Positions 47,031 to 59,857 of a stretch of 64,000 bases of DNA are shown here, piece after piece. Below the pieces are notes generated by a model. It did not search any database and was not told where the DNA came from. It saw nothing but the letters and a program-made list of their open reading frames with translations. The stretch's first letter is position 1; each line of letters opens with the position of its first letter. Position numbers and translations under genes: made by a program. Origin of the DNA: Amphiscolops sp. MND2022 (lineage: Eukaryota); NCBI GenBank assembly GCA_964187785.1, contig OZ076415.1:21018001-21082000 (forward strand). Reading direction: 5' to 3'.

Positions 47031-49754
47031 TGACGAAGAATGTTGAACTTATTATTTTCTCCCCTTATTTCCATGTGAGATGAAAATTACTAACAGTGGC
47101 GCGTTTTTTCCAGCATTACCGTTTCAAATTTGTGCCCAAATGATGGAGGTTCTTCCACAGAACTGAACTACCATAAACTCAGTTTCGTGGCATATGAAGG
47201 TGTAGTTTCTTAATGAAAATCTCTCGAAAATGAATGAAATGACCCCAAGATAGTCAAAAGTTCGAAGATTTTCCAATTTTCAATCTTAATATGCAATTTT
47301 TGTAGTTTTGAGTGTTTTTGTGGTTTAAAAGATACAACGGCTTCAAGGATGACAGAACCATCAATACAGTACGCATTTTGGAGCAGTTTTTTGTTAGAAC
47401 AGTGAGTAAAATAGTCCTGGAGAAGGCCTTTTTTTTCATTATTTGACAACTTATTAGCATTTTTGCAGTTATTGCATGTTTTCATAAAATAGAAAAAGTA
47501 CCAGTACGCTTTTTGGATCAGAAACTGGACGACTGTTGTTTGAAAAAAAAATCAAAAATTCTGAGTTTTTTTCGAACTTCGGCCGTGTTAAGCAAAACTT
47601 TGAAAAATTTTTTAAAACAATTTTTGAACAATTTAATGGACCCGACCGTGTCTGATATTTCACGGAGTTCAAAGATGAAATAACCATCTACGAAGGATAT
47701 TTTTAAGCAGGAAATCGTTGATTTTTTAAAAAATGGCACAAAATGTCCAGAGAAAAGCAAAATGATGCGAAAGCAGAATAAACTTTTGACGGTTTTGAAG
47801 TTGTGATTTCGAAGTGACTTGCTCTTGGTCACAAAGCAGCGACTGCTTGTCGTTGCTCTTTTCACTTTTGTTTTCTTCGCTAAATGATTTCATTATCACG
47901 TGACCAACCCACTAAATTAGGGACGAAAACATTGCCAAAGAACCAAAATAAGTAGCTAATTACCAAACCCTTGTTCAAGGAAAAATGGGTGTTTCAGTGC
48001 TTCGTGTAACATTGTCATTTTTACAAAAGCAAAAAATGTTACAAGTCTGAGTAAACCAGAAACGAACTTTAGACTCGAGGAACCCAGAAGGCAGGTTTTA
48101 AGATTTTTTCATTTTCTAAAATGACTAAGCAATTTTTTAGGTTAAAACTTCAACATCCCTGCTACTGGTTCCCGAAGAACCGGTGATTCTGGCAACTCCG
48201 GAAGAGTCAGTCCAACAGTTGATACCAGACGGTGGAGCAACGGGCTGGTGAATTGAAGATGTCCTCATTGTGGCGTTAGCTGTCAACGGCCTCGTTCTTT
48301 CGGTTCAGGGTGGGGTTTAAAGATCAGTTTGAAGTTGTATCGTAACGTGAACAAATTTTTGCCGAAATTTTTTCTAATCTTTTTTGAAGCAAAGCTCTTT
48401 TAAAAAATTGGCCTCAAAAACCGACGTGAAAGAGACAGGCTTCAAATGTATGAGAGAAAACGTTTTGTCAAGGTCTCACTTGGTATTTGTTTTATTGGCA
48501 ATAATCATCAAAACTATTGCTCGTTAAATTAGTTCAGATTGAATTCCATTCGTTGAATGATCATCAAAAGAAAAAATTGAGAGAGAATAGTCATCAAAAA
48601 ATCCATGAAGTCAAGATTTTGTCAAAATTCGGATAAAAAGTTCAAAAGTCAAAATCAATGAAAACGTTTAAAATTTTCAATTTTCTTCCGGTTATTTTGT
48701 TTTGTTTACACTTTTTTTTTATTTCTGCGATAGCAGGAATATTATTGAAACCTCAAGATTTCCACTTTTTTTCAGAAAAATTTTCGTCGTGATACAGAAA
48801 ATTTCAAATATTTTGTTCAGCAGTGAGTATAACGCGTCAGATTTAATTTTCTCATGCTGCCGACAACAATTCGTTTCTCGTGCGATGAAACGAGCGAGTG
48901 GTAATCATGCATTCGTACACAGAATTCATTGAGATGAAGCGAACGAATGTTCGTAATTGTGCTTTCGTTGCCCCGAGTTATTGCGATGAAGCGTTAAATA
49001 TTTTTCGCCGAGAGCTTCGCCTGCATTCAAATGCGAATGCGCAACCTCATATACAAGCCTAGAAGCAGAAATAATAGTGCGCCCCGTAGGGGTCAATTTT
49101 TCAAAAATCTACTTCATCACCAAGATTTTTGCAGAACTGTCCTGCAACTTCATGCCCCGTGAAACGCAGTTTTCCTCAAGTGACGAATTGACCATTAAAG
49201 ACTGAAACTTTTAGCCATATAATTTTATGATGTAAAAATTTTTAAAAGCCAAAGTTTATTGGCCAAAGCCAACCTTTAAGTCGAAATTGGGTCCTTCTAA
49301 TGATCAACTTAGGAAAATAATCGTTGCTTGACAAAAGCCTAAGGCTATTAAATTTTGAAAAAAAATGGCACATGCAAGGTTCAGTAACATTTTTGCTCAA
49401 GGTTTAAATAGCCAGAAACAAGTCATTGTTCAAAAATAAACACACGCTATTTAGACAATGTTTGGGCCAAAAGTATGGCGCACGCTTCAAATATAGAGCG
49501 GAGTGAAATAAAGAATAAATAGTCAGAGCAAGACTGGAATCAGTTTTCAGCCCTTGAAAGTTTACAGATTTTTTATTGACGTTTTTTATATTCCCTTTGA
49601 AGAAACCAAAGAGAAGCCACAAGTACCGTCAGACTGTTTTCCATGAATTTCCTGCCGAAATCTGTATTGTACGAGTATGTACTTTCACTCGAAAATGAGT
49701 TTAACCTTTCAAGTTAAGAAACTGGCATGATCGATAAACAACCCAAAACGTTGT

Positions 49755-50729
49755 TTAAAAGTCACACCCTGATCCAGAATTGATTTGAGTTGTAGAAGTT
49801 CGTGATTGGGTTCCAGTTGACCTTGAAGAAGCGCTAACTCTTGAGCTGCTGCTTCCGATGTGGAGAACCCAATCAATTAGCGAGTTCGTCGGACGCGGGC
49901 CTGAATAATGAGGTTTCATTTCGTTATTCAATGAAAAAAAAGTTGAATTGTCCTGCGAACTCTTTCGTAGAAGAACCAATTATAAACCAAAATTGTTAAC
50001 AATAGACAATTGCAGCAAACGATTCTTTGTTTCTTAAATATATCATCATAAAGGTCTTTGCTGAAGAAAAAAAAAACAAAAAAATGATCGGCGTTGAAAA
50101 AAGTAAGTTAATTGTATGTTACTGATTTTTGACACGTGAATACAAATTTTGTTTAAAACACAACTATCCTTACCTGAATAACTCCTTGATCCCCCTCTAT
50201 TCGGATTGGATGGGATCCGATAGTCGGTATTGTGAAAACACATTCCGTGAGCACAAGCCTGGCAATTTGCTGAATCATGTTCGCCGCTAGGATCTCCATG
50301 ACGTCGGGAGGAAACTTCCGAATACTCGCGGTCGATGTCTTCGCCGTAAAACTTCTCTTTAACTTTGAGAAGCAGCTTAACCAAAGAGTCTTCCATGGAT
50401 TCAGGTGCAAATTTTGCAGCTATATATTTGGACCCAGGGCATTTGTTACACCTCTGTCCAAATGCAAAGAGTTCTACTTCTCCTTCTGCTATTCTTGAGT
50501 CGTTCAAAACCAAGCGGTAGGTGAATTTAATCACTCCATTTTGAGATTCCCAATAACGTCTACATTTAGGCTTTGAGCAACGGAAAGAGGCCAGTCCTTT
50601 TGTTGAATACACAAGGGCGTCAATGGCGTCAAACGAATTGTAGGAACTTGCGGGAAGTTCTTTATCCGACAACTCGCTGAAGATATCACGAAACGAACGC
50701 ATCCATTCTTCTTTGTTCGGTATTTCCAT
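49755..50729 (-). CDS. 3CxxC zinc-binding domain protein (receptor-transporting protein / ZAR1-like family), two exons, 233 aa
   Basis: FRCSKPKCRRYWES, FGQRCNKC and HDSANCQACAHGMC match the zf-3CxxC pattern. Exon 1 50729-50174 (556 nt), GT..AG intron 50173-49901, exon 2 49900-49755 (146 nt); phases are compatible and there are no stops. Confidence 0.88.
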
Positions 50730-52134
50730 ATTCTAAACAAACTTTCAACGTCTCAAAGTCGGCGCCCCTAATTGAACCTTCAAAAATCTCAAAAAAATTG
50801 GTAACCTCAGTGAGGTTTTTTCGGAAACTTCTTATAACTCTCTAAATGCCACAGTTTTCTGCACTAAGTTTCGAGTTTAAACAACAAAAACAGAAAGAAG
50901 TGAGTCCTGACAATTTTGAAATTGTTTCGCTGCAAGGCGAACTGAATTTGCGATGATTCTGTCAACGACTTGAAAATGGTCTATAATGTGCACGCGTGAA
51001 AAGATCGCTTTCGTTTTCAGGAGTAATTCGGACATCTAACTTAAAGTTAGGGAAAACTAATGTCACATACTGTCTGCAAGATCAAGGCTTGCTCTGGGAA
51101 AACTAAGTTATTACTTAGGGTGAAAACGTTTCGAATTATTGACAAGAGTCTTGCATTTTTGTGAAAATTGTGGGAGGAAGCAAGAGAAAAGATGGAAATC
51201 AAACAAAGCGCGTTGCCTACTGAGGCTTCCTTAAAATATTTATCATTCCGCAGTCGTTCAGGCTATCAACAAAGCTATCACACTTGATTTTGAAGACTTT
51301 GGTTGTATTAAAACCGACACTGCTAACCCATGTTGAGCATTCCCTGTGAATCTGTACAGATCCTAACAGATAATCCAGGGTTTGTAGAAAATTAACTAGT
51401 CATAAGTACAGCTTTGAAATTGAAATTAGTTGATTAAAATGTGCTCTACAAGATGAACACGCCTTTTAATTGAAGTTTATAAAAAGTTTCCTTAAAAAAT
51501 CTTAAGAATGCCAGTTACTTGGTGGTGCGATTAGTTGCATAATGGTTGTAAAGAATAATATTGTGTCATGATTCTCATGGGCAGATATCCAAAATTTCGT
51601 TCAACCGTCCAAAGGATTAGACGTTGGCCACCCACGGAGGTTAACTAATAGACGAACGACACGATGAAATGTCAACAAAGATGTGTGAGACGGGAACAGC
51701 AATCGTCAAATATAAAGAACCGAACACACTGAACATAATCAAGTACATAACTGTTGATAAATAACCAGACTCTCACTCTATTTTAAAATGTTTCTCTTTA
51801 TCTCTAACTTATGAATAAACTCTTCGCTTTCTTAACCTTAAACTCTTCGAGATAACCAAAGGAGAGAACCCGCAAAACTTAAGATCCTAGTACTTTATCA
51901 ACATAACATATTTTCATAAAAATGCTCTTTCTTAGTTGAATTAAAAATAAAACCGGACTAAAATAGGAAGCTGCTCAGCCGCCTTTTGATCCACGCCAGG
52001 ATTCTCATCAAACAATTCAAGAGGTTTGTGTTAACGTCTCAAGATGACTAATTAAAAAATATTGAACGTTGAGCAATACTGAATTTAAATAAGACCCTGC
52101 GGCAAATGTTTTGGTCTCTTTTGTTTTTCTCTAC

Positions 52135-52950
52135 AGTTATGTTTGCAAATAAAATCTATCATGCTTGTACTATTTACTTTCAACTTGCCCACTTTAATAG
52201 TTCTTTTGCAAGTTTCACTCTCTCACGTCCCCTCAACTAATGAAAGAGTACAACTGCGCGACCTTGAGTATATAAACTAGTACAAATATCACAAAAGGAT
52301 ATAGCACATCATAACAAAATAATTGTCGTCATTGAAAAATATCACAAACGATATAGCGACCTCATAACAAAAAAATTGCCGTAACTGACACTACCGATAG
52401 ACTACACTATCCTTGGCGTATACTGTGAATACTGTAATACTGCACATATCCGGTAGGGTAACTTTGACTCAAATCTAGTAAACTTTACCAAAAGTATGTA
52501 TTTAAATAAATTTCAATTTTTCAATGTTTTACTGTTTATAGTTTACTGTTGTTTTCACCGTGGGCCTTCAATTCTTGAGATCATGATATTTTGCCTACAA
52601 AAGTATGTGCGTTGTCTTTCTTCTCGTCTGGTGTTTCTTTTCTTCTCTTGTACTGTGTCACATCTTGGGGGCATTTCCTCTCTTTGTGGCATCTCCTCAT
52701 GACTTGTTTGTTCTTCCGATCCTGTCTCCACTTCATTGTTCTGTGCTTGTTCGATCGTTTGTTTTTCGATTTGTTCCAGTGGTATATTTTCTTTTTCTTC
52801 GCTCCCTCTTCTAGTATGCTTGTCAAGTTTTCCCGGTATCTGTTTTCCTTCTTTCGTCTGCTTTGAACCTGTTTCTGGTTCCTTCGCGCTCTTTTTCAGC
52901 TTCTCCATTGCTGGCCTGTCTTTCGTTTTGTTCAGCACACTTTTTTCCTA

Positions 52951-52999
<49 letters not shown>

Positions 53000-54570
53000 G
53001 CTCTGAATGAGTGTTCTGGCGGGAAACTGCGAATTTCTTGTATTGACTCATCACAATACTTTTGCTCGTTGCTGCCTTTGTTGTCACTATTTCTGCCACT
53101 TTCTCAATCTGGCTCTCCAAGTTAGGTCATATTTGTTGGTATTTTTTGGTTAATATGGCATTTTAAGCGACGTGGCATCTAGTGCTACCTTGATACTTCG
53201 ATCCTTCTTTACCGTAATGACGACTGGAGGGTAAACATTTCATCTGTTATTTTATCCACTCTTTTGATGTGACCTGCAGCCAGTAGACTTTTGATTTCCG
53301 GGTCTACTGCTTTCTGCAGTTGCAACGGTACCCGTCTCCCCTTTTGCTGTGTGACTCTCGGTCCTTGTTTCAAATCAAATTTTATAGTGAGAACCAAAAT
53401 TTTTCCTTGTCGGCTAAAAACCTTGGGAAACTTTTGTTGAACCCTTTTTAACTCTGGCGACTTTTCTACTTTGTTTACAATGCTCCTTTCAATATTTGTC
53501 TACTCCTTACAATGCTCCTTACAATATTTGTCTACAGTCACTTCCCACCAATGATTTCTTTCCGTCTCTCGCAATTACTATCCGCTCTCCTCTTTTGATA
53601 GTTCGCATGCCCACCTGCACATCCACGTCGATGAAACCAATTAGATTTAATGTTTTCCTTTATAGTCGGCGTATTCTTCGTTCTTCGGTAACGGTCTGGC
53701 GAATACCATGTCACTTTTCAATATCTTCCGTAAATACTTTTTGGTGAAGATAGTGATTGGTGATCCAGAATCAATCATGTTGTGTTGTGAACGGCAGTTC
53801 ATTAATTCGTTCTTTTAGCACAAAAGGAGGGATACCTGTTGATTCCAATCTCAGCACCACGTTGTCTTCGTCCCACTCTGAACTTCCTTCTGATTGGACC
53901 GCTGACCAATGAGATTCACTCGTCGTAGTCCGCCTCTATTGGAGGATCTGCCAGTTCCTCTGAAATTGGCATTTTTGGGTCGTTTACACTTCCGCATGAA
54001 ATGGCCAGTTATTCCACAATTCCGGCAATTTTCATTTTTGGCCTTGCATGCTATCAGATGTTCTCTATGAATTCCATGCCGCATCTCGTGCATGGATATC
54101 TGCTTTTGTTATCGCTTGCGTACACTGGTCCCTTTTAAATCTCGTTCCCCCGCGAAACGTTTCTGCTGGCTGATGCCTTCTCTGAAAGCTACCGCAATTC
54201 GTAATGCTTGTTGTGGAGTTCCTTTTGGTTCCGTACACAAACATTCCTGTCTTGTTATGGATCTTTTGGATAAATGCATCCATGACTAAGCTCTCTGTGT
54301 GTTGTTCAAAATCACATCGAGCCGCTAGACCTGTTAGTGCATTCCAAAAATGTCGTAATGTTTCGTTATTCCGCTGTTTTCTGGAGATAAACTTGTATCG
54401 TTTCAACGTACGATCTCGCCGTTTTCTGAACGTCTGTTCACAATTGTCTTTTATCTCCGCCAGTGTCGCCATTGAAATAACCTTATATAGGAGTCGATCT
54501 GTCAGATTCATTCGCCCTGCCGACCCCAAAGACAACAAGACAGAAACGTCTAAAGTCGGCGCTATATCTA
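52135..54570 (-). mobile_element. Internally deleted Gypsy fragment (element C, possibly Mag-like): gag, protease, RT start, pol tail, possible 3' LTR
   Basis: RYKFISRKQRNNETLRHFWNALTGLAARCDF; CCHC CRNCGITGHFMRKC; MIDSGSPITIF (~53770); QQKGRRVPLQLQKAV; then a jump to a charged pol tail. LTR limits are uncertain. Confidence 0.85.
52955..52999. repeat. (CT)n microsatellite
   Basis: About 22 CT units. Confidence 0.97.
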
Positions 54571-54599
54571 AGGCTCAAAAAGCGCAAAGTTTTTAAACT

Positions 54600-54845
54600 T
54601 GTAAAAGGGGGGACCCTTTGGGCTTTTTGAAAATCCATTTTGTTACAAAATATCAAACAAATTGAAGGGGGGACCCTTTGGAGACAAAAAAAGTTCGAAA
54701 TTTTTTAATTTTCGAAAAAAAATGAGATTTTCGAACAGTCCTATAGTGCCAAAATACATGAAAGGGGAGACCCTTTTAGCTTTTTGGCACTTTAGTTTGC
54801 TGCAAAATATCCAAAAAAACTTGAAGGTGGGACCCTTTGAAGGCA
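54600..54845. repeat. Four spaced copies of an AAGGGGGGACCCTTT-like motif
   Basis: Copies near 54604, 54665, 54761 and 54824, each with AAGGG..CCCTT dyad symmetry. Confidence 0.75.
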
Positions 54846-54904
54846 AAAAAATCAAAAAAAATGGTCACACAGTGTCGAAAAAATTGTTCGAAAAAGTTTC
54901 TGGC

Positions 54905-55050
54905 TAAAGCAAGGACTCGAACCCGTGACCGCTGGGTTCACTGTAAACTGAGTACTGACGAGTACACGTGAACGAGTGAAGTCTGTAAAAAGTGGTACAT
55001 ACGCGATGAGGTCTGTGGTCTGACGAAAACAAACTAGCCACTGTAATAGT
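54905..55050 (-). other. tRNA-like Pol III B-box (GGTTCGAGTCC), probably a SINE-related head
   Basis: Plus-strand ggactcgaacc at 54911-54921. A weak A-box candidate lies ~115 nt upstream. No full cloverleaf. Confidence 0.4.
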
Positions 55051-56154
55051 TGGGCTTTTTCCCTAAAGGATCCCTACAGAATCAAAGAAGTTTTTCGCTT
55101 ACTGGTAGTCGCTGACTGAAGGGGGTCGAAATTCACTGGGGCAAAACGGAATATTTTCTCTCAAAATCGTAAAAACGCCAATTTTGTCGGTATGTTGGTC
55201 GTCACAAAGTCATAAGATAACAGATTCGTTTCGTGAATTCACAGTTAGCTCAAGGCAAAGTAATGAAAGTCTGGAATTGTGACCTGGGTAATACATGTAA
55301 TGCAGGCAATAAAACAAGGTGACTTAATATGCAAATATTTCTCAGAAATGCAACAGAGCCTCAACTAAAGAGCTGTATAAAACAAGCCACTCGCCTGTGT
55401 ATAACTTAGAGTGCATGCAAGTATGAAATGTTCTTTTGATAAGTGAATTCTACATAACAAAAATGTGTGCATGTACCTTTATTTTTGTGCATGTGAGCAG
55501 TTTTATGATACCGAAAAGCTAAAGACAACTAAAACTTCGAAGGCGTATTAATTCTGAAAATATACAATTGACGGACCATGAAAAATACAGTCCTAGTCCT
55601 GTGATAAAAGAGTGAAACCCCTGTTTGGTAATTCAATTCAGGAATTTGGAATTTCTCGAAAACTGTCAAACTTTGCAAAATATGTCAGAAATAAAAGTTT
55701 CTTGGATTTTTTACTTGTTCACATTCCTTTAACTTTGGAAGACTTAAAACAAATACGAGACAAGTTTGCAAATAATTCCTACAAAAAGAACTTCGAACAG
55801 GGTTACCCGGGTTGACCCCCATACTCAGAAATGGCGGATCATACTATGTCATAGTATGATCATGGTGGAAAATGATCATCGTAATATGATCATAGTATGG
55901 CCATATTTTGACTAGCATGGCAACGATTATGGTCATAGTATGAGTGACGATATTTGAAAAAATTCAAAAATTCGAAGTCCCCCTAGCGGAAAAACTTGAA
56001 ATTTTAAACACATCAAAAAGTGACTCATTGGCTTGTTCCTCGGTTTTGGAAGATCTAGGGTTACCTTAATGACCCGATTAGCTTTAAGGACGCTTTTCGG
56101 CACCGCGTTTCCTGAAGCCGCTGTAGGATAGGTAGGATTTTTTGGAATTTTGAG

Positions 56155-57190
56155 TTGCTGATTTCCATAATTTTGTAGCTATTTCCCCGTAATTTTTGAT
56201 AGTATTCTCAAAACAGAGACTAAATTATGCATAATTTGGGTATTCTTCGCTCTCTTTCCAAAGTGTTCGATGATTTTAGATCAAATTGATCCAGGTTTTA
56301 GATCTGATTGCTACTTCAATTGCTGATTTTCATAATTTAGCAGCTATTTTTGCCCAAGTTTTAGACATTATTCCCAATTTAGAGACGAAATTATGCATAA
56401 TTTAGATACTCTTCACTGTCTTCCCAGAGTTTTTGTTTTTAGATCAAATTGATCCAGGTTTTGGATCTGATTCCATTTTCAGTTGTTGATTATCTATAAT
56501 TTTGTAGCTATTTTCCCGTAATTTTTGATAATCTCAATACAGAGACTAAGTTATGCATAAATTGGATATTCTTCGCTGTCTTTCCAGAGTTCTCGAGGAT
56601 TTTAGATCAAAATGATCCAGGTTTAGTTATGATTCCTATTTCAGTTGCTGATTTCCATAATCTTGCAGCTATTTTGTCAAAAGTTTAGATAATATTCTCA
56701 ATATAGAGACTAATTTATGCATAATTTAGATGCTCTTCGCTGTCTTCGCATAGTTTTTGATGATTTTAGATCAAAATGATCCAGGCTTTAGATCTGATTC
56801 CTATTTCGGTTGCTGATTTCCATAATCTTGCAGCTATTTTGTCAAAAGTTTAGATAATATTCTCAATATAGAGACTAAATTATGCGTAATTTAGATGCTC
56901 TTCGCTGTCTTCCCAGAGTTTTTTTAATGATTTTAGATCAAATGGATCCAGGTTTTAGATCTGATTCCTATTTGAATTGCTTTTTTCCATAATTTTGCGA
57001 CTATTTTGAAAAGTTTTTGATATTATTCTCAGAAGAGACCAACTTTTGTATAATTTAGTTACTCTTCGCTGTCTTCCCAAAGGTTTTGATGATTTTACAT
57101 TAAATAGATCCAGGTTTCAGCTCTGATTCCTCTTTGAGTTGCCTATTTTCATTATTTGCAGTTATTTTGCTCAAGTTTTTGCTTAGATAT
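56155..57190. repeat. Satellite array, ~164-bp monomer, ~6.3 copies
   Basis: Monomer starts (ttgctgattt-like) at 56155, 56320, 56483, 56645, 56810, 56977 and 57139. Conserved gattttagatcaaa.tgatccagg.tttagatctgatt block. Confidence 0.95.
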
Positions 57191-57499
57191 TATCAGATTA
57201 GTTTGCCAGATTCCTCATTACAACGAGCATTGTTTTACATTGTGATATTAGTGCAGTAATAAATAAACCTTCATCCACTTACCAAGGTGTACAATCTTTA
57301 TTTAAATGAGAACGTATGCTTGCAGCGTATGCGACACCATCTCCAACTTTTTCCGACTCGCCCTCCTAACAACGGGCTTCTTTCTCAGTTTGTATCAATA
57401 TGAAAAATGGGTTTCAGTACGCACGGTCCTTATTAAAAATAAAAGAGAAAATTTTTAAAAATTAGCGACGAAATGAGAAATTTAGAAACTCTTCATGTC

Positions 57500-59087
57500 T
57501 TCTGAAAGCGTTCGTTTTTAGACCAGTATAACCCAGGTTTTCGATCAGATTCCTTGTTCAAGATAGTTTCCCTGATATAACAATTCTCTTTTTTCTGCAC
57601 TATGCGATTTTTCATCAATTTTTTTAAACTAAAGTTGCCCGTTTTGTTTTGAAAGGGGAACAAAGCGTTTTGCAAGCTTAGAGGGCCACTGTAGGTTTTC
57701 AAGGGTGGTAAGTATTTGCGGGATTCCGTTCAATAGTAGTGCTGATTGCGAAATATTTTTAGTTGATGATGAAGATACAACAAAAATGTCAAGAGAGAAA
57801 AAAGATTGCGGTCTTGATCGCGTCGAACGGTTCTGTTTCAGTGCGGAGAAAGTGCAGCAAAAATCTGCGGAAACTGCAGAAGGCCATTTGGTACAAAATT
57901 GGCTGGCAGTACTGTTTTTGCCGGTGCAAGTGCAAAATCCCCTAACATCTTTCCAAAGTCGAAGGTTGTTTGCTGAAGTGTTTCGGAGGCAGTGGGTCTA
58001 ACTTTCAGCACAAAAACGAGAGATTGTCTTTCGATGGAGCGCTAAAGAGTGCTTTGTGTTGGGGAGCTGATTGTATTTTTCTTTACCCGGATGTGATCCA
58101 GAATTCTTTCTTTAATAAACCTGGGTGCAAAAATGTAGCAATACCGTGTTCAGAAGTTGGGAGAAAACTAGCCGAGGCCTGTGATGTTCCATTTATGAAC
58201 AGTGGTATTAAAAAGATGGCAACTTAGAAAAGAGACAACGTTTCAACTATGTCCCATAAAAGCATCAGATTATTTAAAAATTATTTTTCAATTTTTCCAT
58301 GGTTTTGATTAGATTGAACATCACATAAATAGGCCAATGTCCAATGCGCCCAGAAAGGAGTTGAATTCTTCGTTGGGTTTTCAAGAAGACAACTCAAAAA
58401 TGCTGAAGCCCTGAAGACCTGCCAGCGATGGCGTAGCGAAAAATTGAAAATACCTTTCAATACACACAAGAATGCGATCAACATCGAAATGAAGAAAGTA
58501 CTTCTGGGTTTGAAGTCGAGCGGTTCGCTCAAGGTGCACGAGGTAATCTTGGGTGGTCTGCATTTCAAAGCTGGTGATGCCTTTCACCAGACGAGATTCT
58601 CAATAAGGGCCATGCTGTCAAGAATCCTGCGAAGAATAACGGAGGGACGTTTACCTCTTATGCGTAAGCGGCCAACGGGAGCTCAGAAAAAAAGAAGCGA
58701 CGCAGTCGGCTTGAGGTATAATAAAACATGTGGTTTGATCAATTTGCTCTCTTTCTCTCGATTCTGTTCTACATTTTTGCTGACGATCTGATGTCTCCAT
58801 TCTTTTACATGAACTTTTCTTTTTACACAAATAGATGTTTCTTGTACCAACTTGAATGTCTTGTTGGCATTTTTTACACTTAAAATTATGCTCAAATTTT
58901 TTTAGCAAAAGCGTTCTTCCATTCAAATTTTGAAGCCAACGACCTAATAGTTCAGTGGATAGATAGGCTGTGTTCAGCTTTCCAATATTCTTTGATTTGC
59001 AAATTTCGACTTTAAATTGGTATAACTTTTTTCATTATTATCATGCTCGTAGATGAATACAAGTTCACGCTGCTTGCCTTTCAACAT
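57500..59087 (-). pseudogene. Divergent zinc-finger gene remnant
   Basis: Across frameshifts: FEWKNAF..FKCKKCQQDIQVGTRNIYLC..VHVKEWRH (C-x2-C..H-x5-H). Candidate ATG at 59087. The 3' extent is uncertain. Confidence 0.45.
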
Positions 59088-59214
59088 TTTTGTCACGTCG
59101 AAGTCAGTCTTTTCCGTTGACGAAAATAAACTATTGAAACTTGGATTAAACACTTCGATATAATAGCTAAGTTCCAAACAGCTTGTGTTTAGGTATAATT
59201 TCAGTGTTGTGTCA

Positions 59215-59857
59215 ATGAACTTGCTATCAGTAAATCTGGCGCTTTGTGATGGTTTTGAAGCAAAGAAATTTGTCTCTACCTCTGGCCGTACAGCCAGCAC
59301 GTTGCTTCAGCTGCCCGACTTTTCAACATTTGACAAAAATGCGACTAAAAAAATTCGATTTACTTTGTCGATTAGAATCACTTTATGAAGAAACAGTCGA
59401 AGCTGGTTACAGTTTCTTTCCTGACGGGTTCGGGGTTCACAGTCTCAAAACACTGCGAAACAGACAAACCAACCAAGTTCTGACCGCTCCGGCTGGCATC
59501 ATGGGCAAGATCAAATCCGCTGACGAACATAATTTTGATGACCTATCCACCATAGCGCCAACTCAGATGTGTAAGTATCCTAGATTATTGGCTGGAAGTT
59601 TTCGTTTCGTCAATTCTTTATGTAATCCAAATTGCAAATATGAATTCACGTCTCTTAATGGGCTTCCTTGTGTCGAAATGAAAACATTGGAAGCTATTAA
59701 GGCCGGAGACGAGATTACAGTCTACTATAGAAAAGAGTTTTTCGAATCACTTGAATGTCGTTGTCCTCATGTGCATCTTCACGAGCAACCTTTATCCACT
59801 GTTTGTAGCCAATCACTTTCTGTAAGTCGAAGTTTTGAATCTGCTAAAGTCAAATGA
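59215..59857 (+). pseudogene. SET-domain (Suv4-20/KMT5-like) region at the start of the transposase gene
   Basis: GFGVHSLKTL, RFVNSLCNPNC, IKAGDEITVYY and post-SET CRCPH. One frameshift near 59350. Confidence 0.85.

Noticed and set aside
47210-47865. Short minus-strand ORFs as a host exon
   Set aside because: Low-complexity AT-rich frames with no recognisable motif or consistent splice pattern.
51682-51908. TG..CA segment with TATA-like and AATAAA motifs as a solo LTR
   Set aside because: No TSD and no second copy in the window.
52555-52938. 127-aa charged ORF as a host gene
   Set aside because: It lies in the expected position of the pol tail of Gypsy element C and is interrupted upstream by the microsatellite.
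54905-54990. Functional tRNA gene
   Set aside because: Only a T-arm/B-box is present; no acceptor stem or anticodon arm could be folded.
56155-57190. 164-bp array as CRISPR or coding repeat
   Set aside because: The whole monomer is repeated with no unique spacers and no long ORF.
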